64,000 nucleotides of DNA, from assembly GCF_009914755.1 (NCBI RefSeq), contig NC_060937.1, one strand, 5' to 3'. This document shows positions 44,701 to 59,700 of this stretch, piece after piece. The stretch's first letter is position 1; every line of letters begins with the position of its first letter. This stretch comes from the human T2T-CHM13v2.0 reference genome, Homo sapiens. The notes beneath the pieces were generated by a model, which searched no databases, was not told the origin of the DNA, and saw nothing but the letters and a program-made list of their open reading frames with translations. A program made the position numbers and the translations under genes.

Positions 44701-47700
44701 ATGAAATATCAAAGTTCACAAACTATATATTATATACTGTACATAAAATATCAAAGTACTCGTTATATATTCTATACTGTACAAAAAATATCAAAGTACC
44801 CAAAGCATGTATTATATACTGTACATAAAATATGAAAGTACATCAAATATATATTTTATTCTGTACATAAAATATCAAAGTACACCAAATATATATTCTA
44901 TAGTGTACATAAAATATCAAAGTACCCAAACTATACATTATATACTGTACATAAAATATGAAATTACATCAAATATATATTATATTAGGTACATAAAATA
45001 TGAAAGTACATCAAAAATAGATTATATACTGTACATAAAATACCAAATTACCCCAAATATATATTTTATATTGTATATGAAATATCAAAGTTCACAAACT
45101 ATATATTATATACTGTACATAAAATATCAAAGTACCCAAGGTATATCTTCTATACTGTACAAATAATATCAAAGTACCCAAACATGTATTATATACTGTA
45201 CATGAAATATGAAAGTACATCAAATATATATTTTATTCTGTACATAAAATATCAAAGTACACCAAATATATATTCTATAGTGTACATAAAATATCAAAGT
45301 ACCCAAACTATACCTTATATACTGTACATAAAATATGAAATTACATCAAATATATATTATATTAGGTACATAAAATATGAAAGTACATCAAATATAGATT
45401 ATATACTGTACATAAAATATCAAAGTACCCAAGGTATATATTCTATACTGTACAAAAAATATCAAAGTACCCAAACATGTATTATATACTGTACATGAAA
45501 TATGAAAGTACATCAAATATATATTTTATTCTGTACATAAAATATCAAAGTACACCAAATATATATTCTATAGTGTACATAAAATATCAAAGTACCCCAA
45601 CTATACATTATATACTGTACATAAAATATGAAATTACATCAAATATATATTATATTAGGTACATAAAATATGAAAGTACATCAAATATAGATTATATACT
45701 GTACATAAAATACCAAAGTACCCCAAATATGTATTTGATACTGTACATGAAATATCAATGTTCACAAACTATATATTATATACTGTACATAAAATATCAA
45801 AGTACTCAAGGTATATATTCTATAGTGTACAAAAAATATCAAAGTACCCAAAGCATGTATTATATACTGTACATAAAATATGAAAGTACATCAAATATAT
45901 ATTTTATTCTGTACATAAAATATCAAAGTACACCACATATATATTCTATAGTGTACATAAAATATCAAAGTACCCAAACTATATATTATATACTGTACAT
46001 AAAATATGAAATTACATCAAATATATATTATATTAGGTACATAAAATATGAAAGTACATCAAAAATAGATTATATACTGTACATAAAATACCAAAGTACC
46101 CCAAATATATATTTTATATTGTACATGAAATATCAAAGTTCACAAACTATATATTATATACTGTACATAAAATATCAAAGTACCCAAGGTATATATTCTA
46201 TACTGTACAAAAAATATCAAAGTACCCAAAGCATGTATTATATACTGTACATAAAATATGAAAGCGCATCAAATATATATTTTATTCTGTACATAAAATA
46301 TCAAAGTACACCAAATATATATTCTACAGTGTACATAAAATATCAAAGTACCCAAACTATACATTATATACTGTACATAAAATGTGAAATTACATCAAAT
46401 ATATATTATATTAGGTACAGAAAATATGAAAATACATCCAATATAGATTATATACTGTACATAAAATACCAAAGTACCCCAAATATATATTTTATACTAT
46501 ACATGAATTATCAAAGTTCACAAACTATATATTATATACTGTACATAAAATATCAAAGTACCCAAGGTATATATTCTATACTGTACAAAAAATATCAAAG
46601 TACCCAAACATGTATTATATACTGTACATGAAATATGAAAGCACATCAAATATATATTTTATTCTGTACATAAAATATCAAAGTACACCAAATATATATT
46701 CTATAGTGTACATAAAATATCAAAGTACCCAAACTATACATTATATACTGTACATAAAATATGAAATTACATCAAATATATATTATATTAGGTACATAAA
46801 ATATGAAAGTACATCAAATATAGATTATATACTCTAGATAAAATACCAAAGTACCCCAAATATATATTTTATACTGTACATGAAATATCAAAGTTCACAA
46901 ACTATATATTATATACTGTACATAAAATATCAAAGTACCAAAGGTATATATTCTATACTGTACAAAAAATATCAAAGTACCCCAACATGTATTATATACT
47001 GTACATGAAATATGAAAGTACATGAAATATATATTTTATTCTGTACATAAAATATCAAAGTACACCAAATATATATTCTATAGTGTACATAAAATATCAA
47101 AGTACCCAAACTATACATTATATACTGTACATAAAATATGAAATTACATCAAATATATATTATATTAGGTACATAAAATGTGAAAGTACATCAAATATAG
47201 ATTATATACTGTACATAAAATACCAAAGTACCCCAAATATATATTTTATACTGTACATGAAATATCAATGTTCACAAACTATACATTATATACTGTACAT
47301 AAAATATCAAAATACTCAAGGTATATATTATATACTGTACAAAAAATATCAAAGTACCCAAAGCATGTATTATATACTGTTCATAAAATATGAAAGTACA
47401 TGAAATATATATTTTATTGTGTACAAACAATATCAAAGTACACCAAATATATATTCTATACTGTACATAAAATATCAAAGTTCCCAAACTATACATTATA
47501 TACTGTACATAAAATATGAAATTATATCAAATATATATTAGTTACATAAAATATGAAAGTACATCAAATATATATTTTATTCTGTACATAAAATATCAAA
47601 GTACACCAAATATATATTCTATACTGTACATAAAATATCAAAATACCCAAACTATACATTATATACTGTACATAAAATATGAAATTACATCAAATATACA

Positions 47701-50700
47701 TTATGTTTTGTAGAGAAAATATGAAAATACATCAAATATAGATTATATACTGTACATAAAATACCAAAGTACACCAAATATATATTTTATACTGTACATG
47801 AAATATCAAAGTTCACAAACTATATATTATATACTGTACATAAAATATCAAAGTACTCAAGTTATATATTCTATACTGTACAAAAAATATCAAAGTACCC
47901 AAAACATGTATTATATACTGTACATAAAATATGAAAGTACATGAAATATATATTTTATTCTGTACATAAAATATCAAAGTACACCAAATATATATTCTAT
48001 AGTGTACATAAAATATCAAAGTACCCAAACTATACCTTATATACTGTACATAAAATATGAAATTACATCAAATATATATTATATTAGGTACATAAAATAT
48101 GAAAGTACATCAAATATAGATTATATACTGTACATAAAATACCAAAGTACCCCAAATATATATTTTATACTGTACATGAAATATCAAAGTTCACAAACTA
48201 TATATTATATACTGTACATAAAATATCAAAGTACCCAAGGTATATATTCTATACTGTACAAAAAATATCAAAGTACCCAAACATGTATTATATACTGTAC
48301 ATGAAATATGAAAGTACATCAAATATATATTTTATTCTGTACATAAAATATCAAAGTACACCAAATATATATTCTATAGTGTACATAAAATATCAAAGTA
48401 CCCAAACTATACCTTATATACTGTACATAAAATATGAAATTACATCAAATATATATTATATTAGGTACATAAAATATGAAAGTACATCAAATATAGATTA
48501 TATACTGTACATAAAATACCAAAGTACCCGAAATATATATTTTATATTGTACATGAAATATCAAAGTTCACAAACTATATATTATATACTGTACATAAAA
48601 TATCAAAGTACCCAAGGTATATATTCTATACTGTACAAAAAATATCAAAGTACCCAAAGCATGTATTATATACTGTACATAAAATATGAAAGTGCATCAA
48701 ATATATATTTTATTCTGTACATAAAATATCAAAGTACACCAAATATATATTCTACAGTGTACATAAAATATCAAAGTACCCAAACTATACATTATATACT
48801 GTACATAAAATATGAAATTACATCAAATATATATTATATTAGGTACAGAAAATATGAAAATACATCCAATATAGATTATATACTGTACATAAAATACCAA
48901 AGTACCCCAAATATATATTTTATACTGTACATGAAATATCAAAGTTCACAAACTATATATTATATACTGTACATAAAATATCAAAGTACCCAAGGTATAT
49001 ATTCTATACTGTACAAAAAATATCAAAGTACCCAAACATGTATTATATACTGTACATGAAATATGAAAGCACATCAAATATATATTTTATTCTGTACATA
49101 AAATATCAAAGTACACCAAATATATATTCTATAGTGTACATAAAATATCAAAGTACCCAAACTATACATTATATACTGTACATAAAATATGAAATTACAT
49201 CAAATATATATTATATTAGGTACATAAAATATGAAAGTACATCAAATATAGATTATATACTCTACATAAAATACCAAAGTACCCCAAATATATATTTTAT
49301 ACTGTACATGAAATATCAAAGTTCACAAACTATATATTATATACTGTACATAAAATATCAAAGTACTCAAGTTATATATTCTATACTGTACAAAAAATAT
49401 CAAAGTACCCAAAGCATGTATTATATACTGTACATAAAATATGAAAGTACATCAAATATATATTTTATTCTGTACATAAAATATCAAAGTACACCAAATA
49501 TATATTCTATAGTGTACATAAAATATCAAAGTACCCAAACTATACATTATATACTGTACATAAAATATGAAATTACATCAAATATATATTATATTAGGTA
49601 CATAAAATATGAAAGTACATCAAAAATAGATTATATACTGTTCATAAAATACCAAAGTACCCCAAATATATATTTTATATTGTATATGAAATATCAAAGT
49701 TCACAAACTATATATTATATACTGTACATAAAATATCAAAGTACCCAAGGTATATATTCTATACTGTACAAATAATATCAAAGTACCCAAACATGTATTA
49801 TATACTGTACATGAAAGATGAAAGTACATCAAATATATATTTTATTCTGTACATAAAATATCAAAGTACACCAAATATATATTCTATAGTGTACATAAAA
49901 TATCAAAGTACCCAAGCTATACCTTATATACTGTACATAAAATATGAAATTACATCAAATATATATTATATTAGGTACAGAAAATATGAAAATACATCCA
50001 ATATAGATTATATACTGTACATAAAATACCAAAGTACCCCAAATATATATTTTATTCTGTACATGAAATATCAAAGTTCACAAACTATATATTATATACT
50101 GTACATAAAATATCAAAGTACCCAAGGTATATATTCTATACTGTACAAAAAATATCAAAGTACCCAAACATGTATTATATACTGTACATGAAATATGAAA
50201 GCACATCAAATATATATTTTATTCTGTACATAAAATATCAAAGTACACCAAATATATATTCTATAGTGTACATAAAATATCAAAGTACCCAAACTATACA
50301 TTATATACTGTACATAAAATATGAAATTACATCAAATATATATTATATTAGGTACATAAAATATGAAAATACATCAAATATAGATTATATACTGTACATA
50401 AAATACCAAAGTACCCCAAATATATATTTTATACTGTACATGAAATATCAAAGTTCACAAACTATATATTATATACTGTACATAAAATATCAAAGTACTC
50501 GTTATATATTCTATACTGTACAAAAAATATCAAAGTACCCAAAGCATGTATTATATACTGTACATAAAATATGAAAGTACATCAAATATATATTTTATTC
50601 TGTACATAAAATATCAAAGTACACCAAATATATATTCTATAGTGTACATAAAATATCAAAGTACCCAAACTATACATTATATACTGTACATAAAATATGA

Positions 50701-53700
50701 AATTACATCAAATATATATTATATTAGGTACATAAAATATGAAAGTACATCAAAAATAGATTATATACTGTACATAAAATACCAAATTACCCCAAATATA
50801 TATTTTATATTGTATATGAAATATCAAAGTTCACAAACTATATATTATATACTGTACATAAAATATCAAAGTACCCAAGGTATATCTTCTATACTGTACA
50901 AATAATATCAAAGTACCCAAACATGTATTATATACTGTACATGAAATATGAAAGTACATCAAATATATATTTTATTCTGTACATAAAATATCAAAGTACA
51001 CCAAATATATATTCTATAGTGTACATAAAATATCAAAGTACCCAAACTATACCTTATATACTGTACATAAAATATGAAATTACATCAAATATATATTATA
51101 TTAGGTACATAAAATATGAAAGTACATCAAATATAGATTATATACTGTACATAAAATATCAAAGTACCCAAGGTATATATTCTATACTGTACAAAAAATA
51201 TCAAAGTACCCAAACATGTATTATATACTGTACATGAAATATGAAAGTACATCAAATATATATTTTATTCTGTACATAAAATATCAAAGTACACCAAATA
51301 TATATTCTATAGTGTACATAAAATATCAAAGTACCCAAACTATACCTTATATACTGTACATAAAATATGAAATTACATCAAATATATATTATATTAGGTA
51401 CATAAAATATGAAAGTACATCAAATATAGATTATATACTGTACATAAAATACCAAAGTACCCCAAATATGTATTTGATACTGTACATGAAATATCAATGT
51501 TCACAAACTATATATTATATACTGTACATAAAATATCAAAGTACTCAAGGTATATATTCTATAGTGTACAAAAAATATCAAAGTACCCAAAGCATGTATT
51601 ATATACTGTACATAAAATATGAAAGTACATCAAATATATATTTTATTCTGTACATAAAATATCAAAGTACACCACATATATATTCTATAGTGTACATAAA
51701 ATATCAAAGTACCCAAACTATACATTATATACTGTACATAAAATATGAAATTACATCAAATATATATTATATTAGGTACATAAAATATGAAAGTACATCA
51801 AAAATAGATTATATACTGTACATAAAATACCAAAGTACCCCAAATATATATTTTATATTGTACATGAAATATCAAAGTTCACAAACTATATATTATATAC
51901 TGTACATAAAATATCAAAGTACCCAAGGTATATATTCTATACTGTACAAAAAATATCAAAGTACCCAAAGCATGTATTATATACTGTACATAAAATATGA
52001 AAGTGCATCAAATATATATTTTATTCTGTACATAAAATATCAAAGTACACCAAATATATATTCTACAGTGTACATAAAATATCAAAGTACCCAAACTATA
52101 CATTATATACTGTACATAAAATGTGAAATTACATCAAATATATATTATATTAGGTACAGAAAATATGAAAATACATCCAATATAGATTATATACTGTACA
52201 TAAAATACCAAAGTACCCAAATATATATTTTATACTGTACATGAATTATCAAAGTTCACAAACTATATATTATATACTGTACATAAAATATCAAAGTACC
52301 CAAAGTATATATTCTATACTGTACAAAAAATATCAAAGTACCCAAACATGTATTATATACTGTACATGAAATATGAAAGCACATCAAATATATATTTTAT
52401 TCTGTACATAAAATATCAAAGTACACCAAATATATATTCTATAGTGTACATAAAATATCAAAGTACCCAAACTATACATTATATACTGTACATAAAATAT
52501 GAAATTACATCAAATATATATTATATTAGGTACATAAAATATGAAAGTACATCAAATATAGATTATATACTCTAGATAAAATACCAAAGTACCCCAAATA
52601 TATATTTTATACTGTACATGAAATATCAAAGTTCACAAACTATATATTATAGACTGTACATAAAATATCAAAGTACCAAAGGTATATATTCTATACTGTA
52701 CAAAAAATATCAAAGTACCCCAACATGTATTATATACTGTACATGAAATATGAAAGTACATGAAATATATATTTTATTCTGTACATAAAATATCAAAGTA
52801 CACCAAATATATATTCTATAGTGTACATAAAATATCAAAGTACCCAAACTATACATTATATACTGTACATAAAATATGAAATTACATCAAATATATATTA
52901 TATTAGGTACATAAAATGTGAAAGTACATCAAATATAGATTATATACTGTACATAAAATACCAAAGTACCCCAAATATATATTTTATACTGTACATGAAA
53001 TATCAATGTTCACAAACTATATATTATATACTGTACATAAAATATCAAAATACTCAAGGTATATATTATATACTGTACAAAAAATATCAAAGTACCCAAA
53101 GCATGTATTATATACTGTTCATAAAATATGAAAGTACATGAAATATATATTTTATTGTGTACAAACAATATCAAAGTACACCAAATATATATTCTATACT
53201 GTACATAAAATATCAAAGTTCCCAAACTATACATTATATACTGTACATAAAATATGAAATTATATCAAATATATATTAGTTACATAAAATATGAAAGTAC
53301 ATCAAATATATATTTTATTCTGTACATAAAATATCAAAGTACACCAAATATATATTCTATACTGTACATAAAATATCAAAATACCCAAACTATACATTAT
53401 ATACTGTACATAAAATATGAAATTACATCAAATATACATTATGTTATGTAGAGAAAATATGAAAATACATCAAATATAGATTATATACTGTACATAAAAT
53501 ACCAAAGTACACCAAATATATATTTTATACTGTACATGAAATATCAAAGTTCACAAACTATATATTATATACTGTACATAAAATATCAAAGTACTCAAGT
53601 TATATATTCTATACTGTACAAAAAATATCAAAGTACCCAAAGCATGTATTATATACTGTACATAAAATATGAAAGTACATGAAATATATATTTTATACTG

Positions 53701-56700
53701 TACATAAAATATCAAAGTATACCAAATATATATTCTATAGTGTACATAAAATATCAAAGTACCCAAACTATACCTTATATACTGTACATAAAATATGAAA
53801 TTACATCAAATATATATTATATTAGGTACATAAAATATGAAAGTACATCAAATATAGATTATATAGTGTACATAAAATACCAAAGTACCCCAAATATATA
53901 TTTTATACTGTACATGAAATATCAAAGTTCACAAACTATATATTATATACTGTACATAAAATATCAAAGTACCCAAGGTATATATTCTATACTGTACAAA
54001 TAATATCAAAGTACCCAAACATGTATTATATACTGTACATGAAATATGAAAGTACATCAAATATATATTTTATTCTGTACATAAAATATCAAAGTACACC
54101 AAATATATATTCTATAGTGTACATAAAATATCAAAGTACCCAAGCTATACCTTATATACTGTACATAAAATATGAAATTACATCAAATATATATTATATT
54201 AGGTACAGAAAATATGAAAATACATCCAATATAGATTATATACTGTACATAAAATACCAAAGTACCCCAAATATATATTTTATTCTGTACATGAAATATC
54301 AAAGTTCACAAACTATATATTATATACTGTACATAAAATATCAAAGTACCCAAGGTATATATTCTATACTGTACAAAAAATATCAAAGTACCCAAACATG
54401 TATTATATACTGTACATGAAATATGAAAGCACATCAAATATATATTTTATTCTGTACATAAAATATCAAAGTACACCAAATATATATTCTATAGTGTACA
54501 TAAAATATCAAAGTACCCAAACTATACATTATATACTGTACATAAAATATGAAATTACATCAAATATATATTATATTAGGTCCATAAAATATGAAAATAC
54601 ATCAAATATAGATTATATACTGTACATAAAATACCAAAGTACCCCAAATATATATTTTATACTGTACATGAAATATCAAAGTTCACAAACTATATATTAT
54701 ATACTGTACATAAAATATCAAAGTACTCGTTATATATTCTATACTGTACAAAAAATATCAAAGTACCCAAAGCATGTATTATATACTGTACATAAAATAT
54801 GAAAGTACATCAAATATATATTTTATTCTGTACATAAAATATCAAAGTACACCAAATATATATTCTATAGTGTACATAAAATATCAAAGTACCCAAACTA
54901 TACATTATATACTGTACATAAAATATGAAATTACATCAAATATATATTATATTAGGTACATAAAATATGAAAGTACATCAAAAATAGATTATATACTGTT
55001 CATAAAATACCAAAGTACCCCAAATATATATTTTATATTGTATATGAAATATCAAAGTTCACAAACTATATATTATATACTGTACATAAAATATCAAAGT
55101 ACCCAAGGTATATATTCTATACTGTACAAATAATATCAAAGTACCCAAACATGTATTATATACTGTACATGAAAGATGAAAGTACATCAAATATATATTT
55201 TATTCTGTACATAAAATATCAAAGTACACCAAATATATATTCTATAGTGTACATAAAATATCAAAGTACCCAAGCTATACCTTATATACTGTACATAAAA
55301 TATGAAATTACATCAAATATATATTATATTAGGTACAGAAAATATGAAAATACATCCAATATAGATTATATACTGTACATAAAATACCAAAGTACCCCAA
55401 ATATATATTTTATTCTGTACATGAAATATCAAAGTTCACAAACTATATATTATATACTGTACATAAAATATCAAAGTACCCAAGGTATATATTCTATACT
55501 GTACAAAAAATATCAAAGTACCCAAACATGTATTATATACTGTACATGAAATATGAAAGCACATCAAATATATATTTTATTCTGTACATAAAATATCAAA
55601 GTACACCAAATATATATTCTATAGTGTACATAAAATATCAAAGTACCCAAACTATACATTATATACTGTACATAAAATATGAAATTACATCAAATATATA
55701 TTATATTAGGTACATAAAATATGAAAATACATCAAATATAGATTATATACTGTACATAAAATACCAAAGTACCCCAAATATATATTTTATACTGTACATG
55801 AAATATCAAAGTTCACAAACTATATATTATATACTGTACATAAAATATCAAAGTACTCGTTATATATTCTATACTGTACAAAAAATATCAAAGTACCCAA
55901 AGCATGTATTATATACTGTACATAAAATATGAAAGTACATCAAATATATATTTTATTCTGTACATAAAATATCAAAGTACACCAAATATATATTCTATAG
56001 TGTACATAAAATATCAAAGTACCCAAACTATACATTATATACTGTACATAAAATATGAAATTACATCAAATATATATTATATTAGGTACATAAAATATGA
56101 AAGTACATCAAAAATAGATTATATACTGTACATAAAATACCAAATTACCCCAAATATATATTTTATATTGTATATGAAATATCAAAGTTCACAAACTATA
56201 TATTATATACTGTACATAAAATATCAAAGTACCCAAGGTATATCTTCTATACTGTACAAATAATATCAAAGTACCCAAACATGTATTATATACTGTACAT
56301 GAAATATGAAAGTACATCAAATATATATTTTATTCTGTACATAAAATATCAAAGTACACCAAATATATATTCTATAGTGTACATAAAATATCAAAGTACC
56401 CAAACTATACCTTATATACTGTACATAAAATATGAAATTACATCAAATATATATTATATTAGGTACATAAAATATGAAAGTACATCAAATATAGATTATA
56501 TACTGTACATAAAATATCAAAGTACCCAAGGTATATATTCTATACTGTACAAAAAATATCAAAGTACCCAAACATGTATTATATACTGTACATGAAATAT
56601 GAAAGTACATCAAATATATATTTTATTCTGTACATAAAATATCAAAGTACACCAAATATATATTCTATAGTGTACATAAAATATCAAAGTACCCAAACTA

Positions 56701-59700
56701 TACCTTATATACTGTACATAAAATATGAAATTACATCAAATATATATTATATTAGGTACATAAAATATGAAAGTACATCAAATATAGATTATATACTGTA
56801 CATAAAATACCAAAGTACCCCAAATATGTATTTGATACTGTACATGAAATATCAATGTTCACAAACTATATATTATATACTGTACATAAAATATCAAAGT
56901 ACTCAAGGTATATATTCTATAGTGTACAAAAAATATCAAAGTACCCAAAGCATGTATTATATACTGTACATAAAATATGAAAGTACATCAAATATATATT
57001 TTATTCTGTACATAAAATATCAAAGTACACCACATATATATTCTATAGTGTACATAAAATATCAAAGTACCCAAACTATACATTATATACTGTACATAAA
57101 ATATGAAATTACATCAAATATATATTATATTAGGTACATAAAATATGAAAGTACATCAAAAATAGATTATATACTGTACATAAAATACCAAAGTACCCCA
57201 AATATATATTTTATATTGTACATGAAATATCAAAGTTCACAAACTATATATTATATACTGTACATAAAATATCAAAGTACCCAAGGTATATATTCTATAC
57301 TGTACAAAAAATATCAAAGTACCCAAAGCATGTATTATATACTGTACATAAAATATGAAAGTGCATCAAATATATATTTTATTCTGTACATAAAATATCA
57401 AAGTACACCAAATATATATTCTACAGTGTACATAAAATATCAAAGTACCCAAACTATACATTATATACTGTACATAAAATGTGAAATTACATCAAATATA
57501 TATTATATTAGGTACAGAAAATATGAAAATACATCCAATATAGATTATATACTGTACATAAAATACCAAAGTACCCAAATATATATTTTATACTGTACAT
57601 GAATTATCAAAGTTCACAAACTATATATTATATACTGTACATAAAATATCAAAGTACCCAAAGTATATATTCTATACTGTACAAAAAATATCAAAGTACC
57701 CAAACATGTATTATATACTGTACATGAAATATGAAAGCACATCAAATATATATTTTATTCTGTACATAAAATATCAAAGTACACCAAATATATATTCTAT
57801 AGTGTACATAAAATATCAAAGTACCCAAACTATACATTATATACTGTACATAAAATATGAAATTACATCAAATATATATTATATTAGGTACATAAAATAT
57901 GAAAGTACATCAAATATAGATTATATACTCTAGATAAAATACCAAAGTACCCCAAATATATATTTTATACTGTACATGAAATATCAAAGTTCACAAACTA
58001 TATATTATAGACTGTACATAAAATATCAAAGTACCAAAGGTATATATTCTATACTGTACAAAAAATATCAAAGTACCCCAACATGTATTATATACTGTAC
58101 ATGAAATATGAAAGTACATGAAATATATATTTTATTCTGTACATAAAATATCAAAGTACACCAAATATATATTCTATAGTGTACATAAAATATCAAAGTA
58201 CCCAAACTATACATTATATACTGTACATAAAATATGAAATTACATCAAATATATATTATATTAGGTACATAAAATGTGAAAGTACATCAAATATAGATTA
58301 TATACTGTACATAAAATACCAAAGTACCCCAAATATATATTTTATACTGTACATGAAATATCAATGTTCACAAACTATATATTATATACTGTACATAAAA
58401 TATCAAAATACTCAAGGTATATATTATATACTGTACAAAAAATATCAAAGTACCCAAAGCATGTATTATATACTGTTCATAAAATATGAAAGTACATGAA
58501 ATATATATTTTATTGTGTACAAACAATATCAAAGTACACCAAATATATATTCTATACTGTACATAAAATATCAAAGTTCCCAAACTATACATTATATACT
58601 GTACATAAAATATGAAATTATATCAAATATATATTAGTTACATAAAATATGAAAGTACATCAAATATATATTTTATTCTGTACATAAAATATCAAAGTAC
58701 ACCAAATATATATTCTATACTGTACATAAAATATCAAAATACCCAAACTATACATTATATACTGTACATAAAATATGAAATTACATCAAATATACATTAT
58801 GTTATGTAGAGAAAATATGAAAATACATCAAATATAGATTATATACTGTACATAAAATACCAAAGTACACCAAATATATATTTTATACTGTACATGAAAT
58901 ATCAAAGTTCACAAACTATATATTATATACTGTACATAAAATATCAAAGTACCCAAGGTATATATTCTATACTGTACAAAAAATATCAAAGTACCCAAAC
59001 ATGTATTATATACTGTACATGAAATATGAAAGCACATCAAATATATATTTTATTCTGTACATAAAATATCAAAGTACACCAAATATATATTCTATAGTGT
59101 ACATAAAATATCAAAGTACCCAAACTATACATTATATACTGTACATAAAATATGAAATTACATCAAATATATATTATATTAGGTACATAAAATATGAAAG
59201 TACATCAAATATAGATTATATACTCTACATAAAATACCAAAGTACCCCAAATATATATTTTATACTGTACATGAAATATCAAAGTTCACAAACTATATAT
59301 TATATACTGTACATAAAATATCAAAGTACCCAAGGTATATATTCTATACTGTACAAAAAATATCAAAGTACCCAAACATGTATTATATACTGTACATGAA
59401 ATATGAAAGCACATCAAATATATATTTTATTCTGTACATAAAATATCAAAGTACACCAAATATATATTCTATAGTGTACATAAAATATCAAAGTACCCAA
59501 ACTATACATTATATACTGTACATAAAATATGAAATTACATCAAATATATATTATATTAGGTACATAAAATATGAAAGTACATCAAATATAGATTATATAC
59601 TCTACATAAAATACCAAAGTACCCCAAATATATATTTTATACTGTACATGAAATATCAAAGTTCACAAACTATATATTATATACTGTACATAAAATATCA

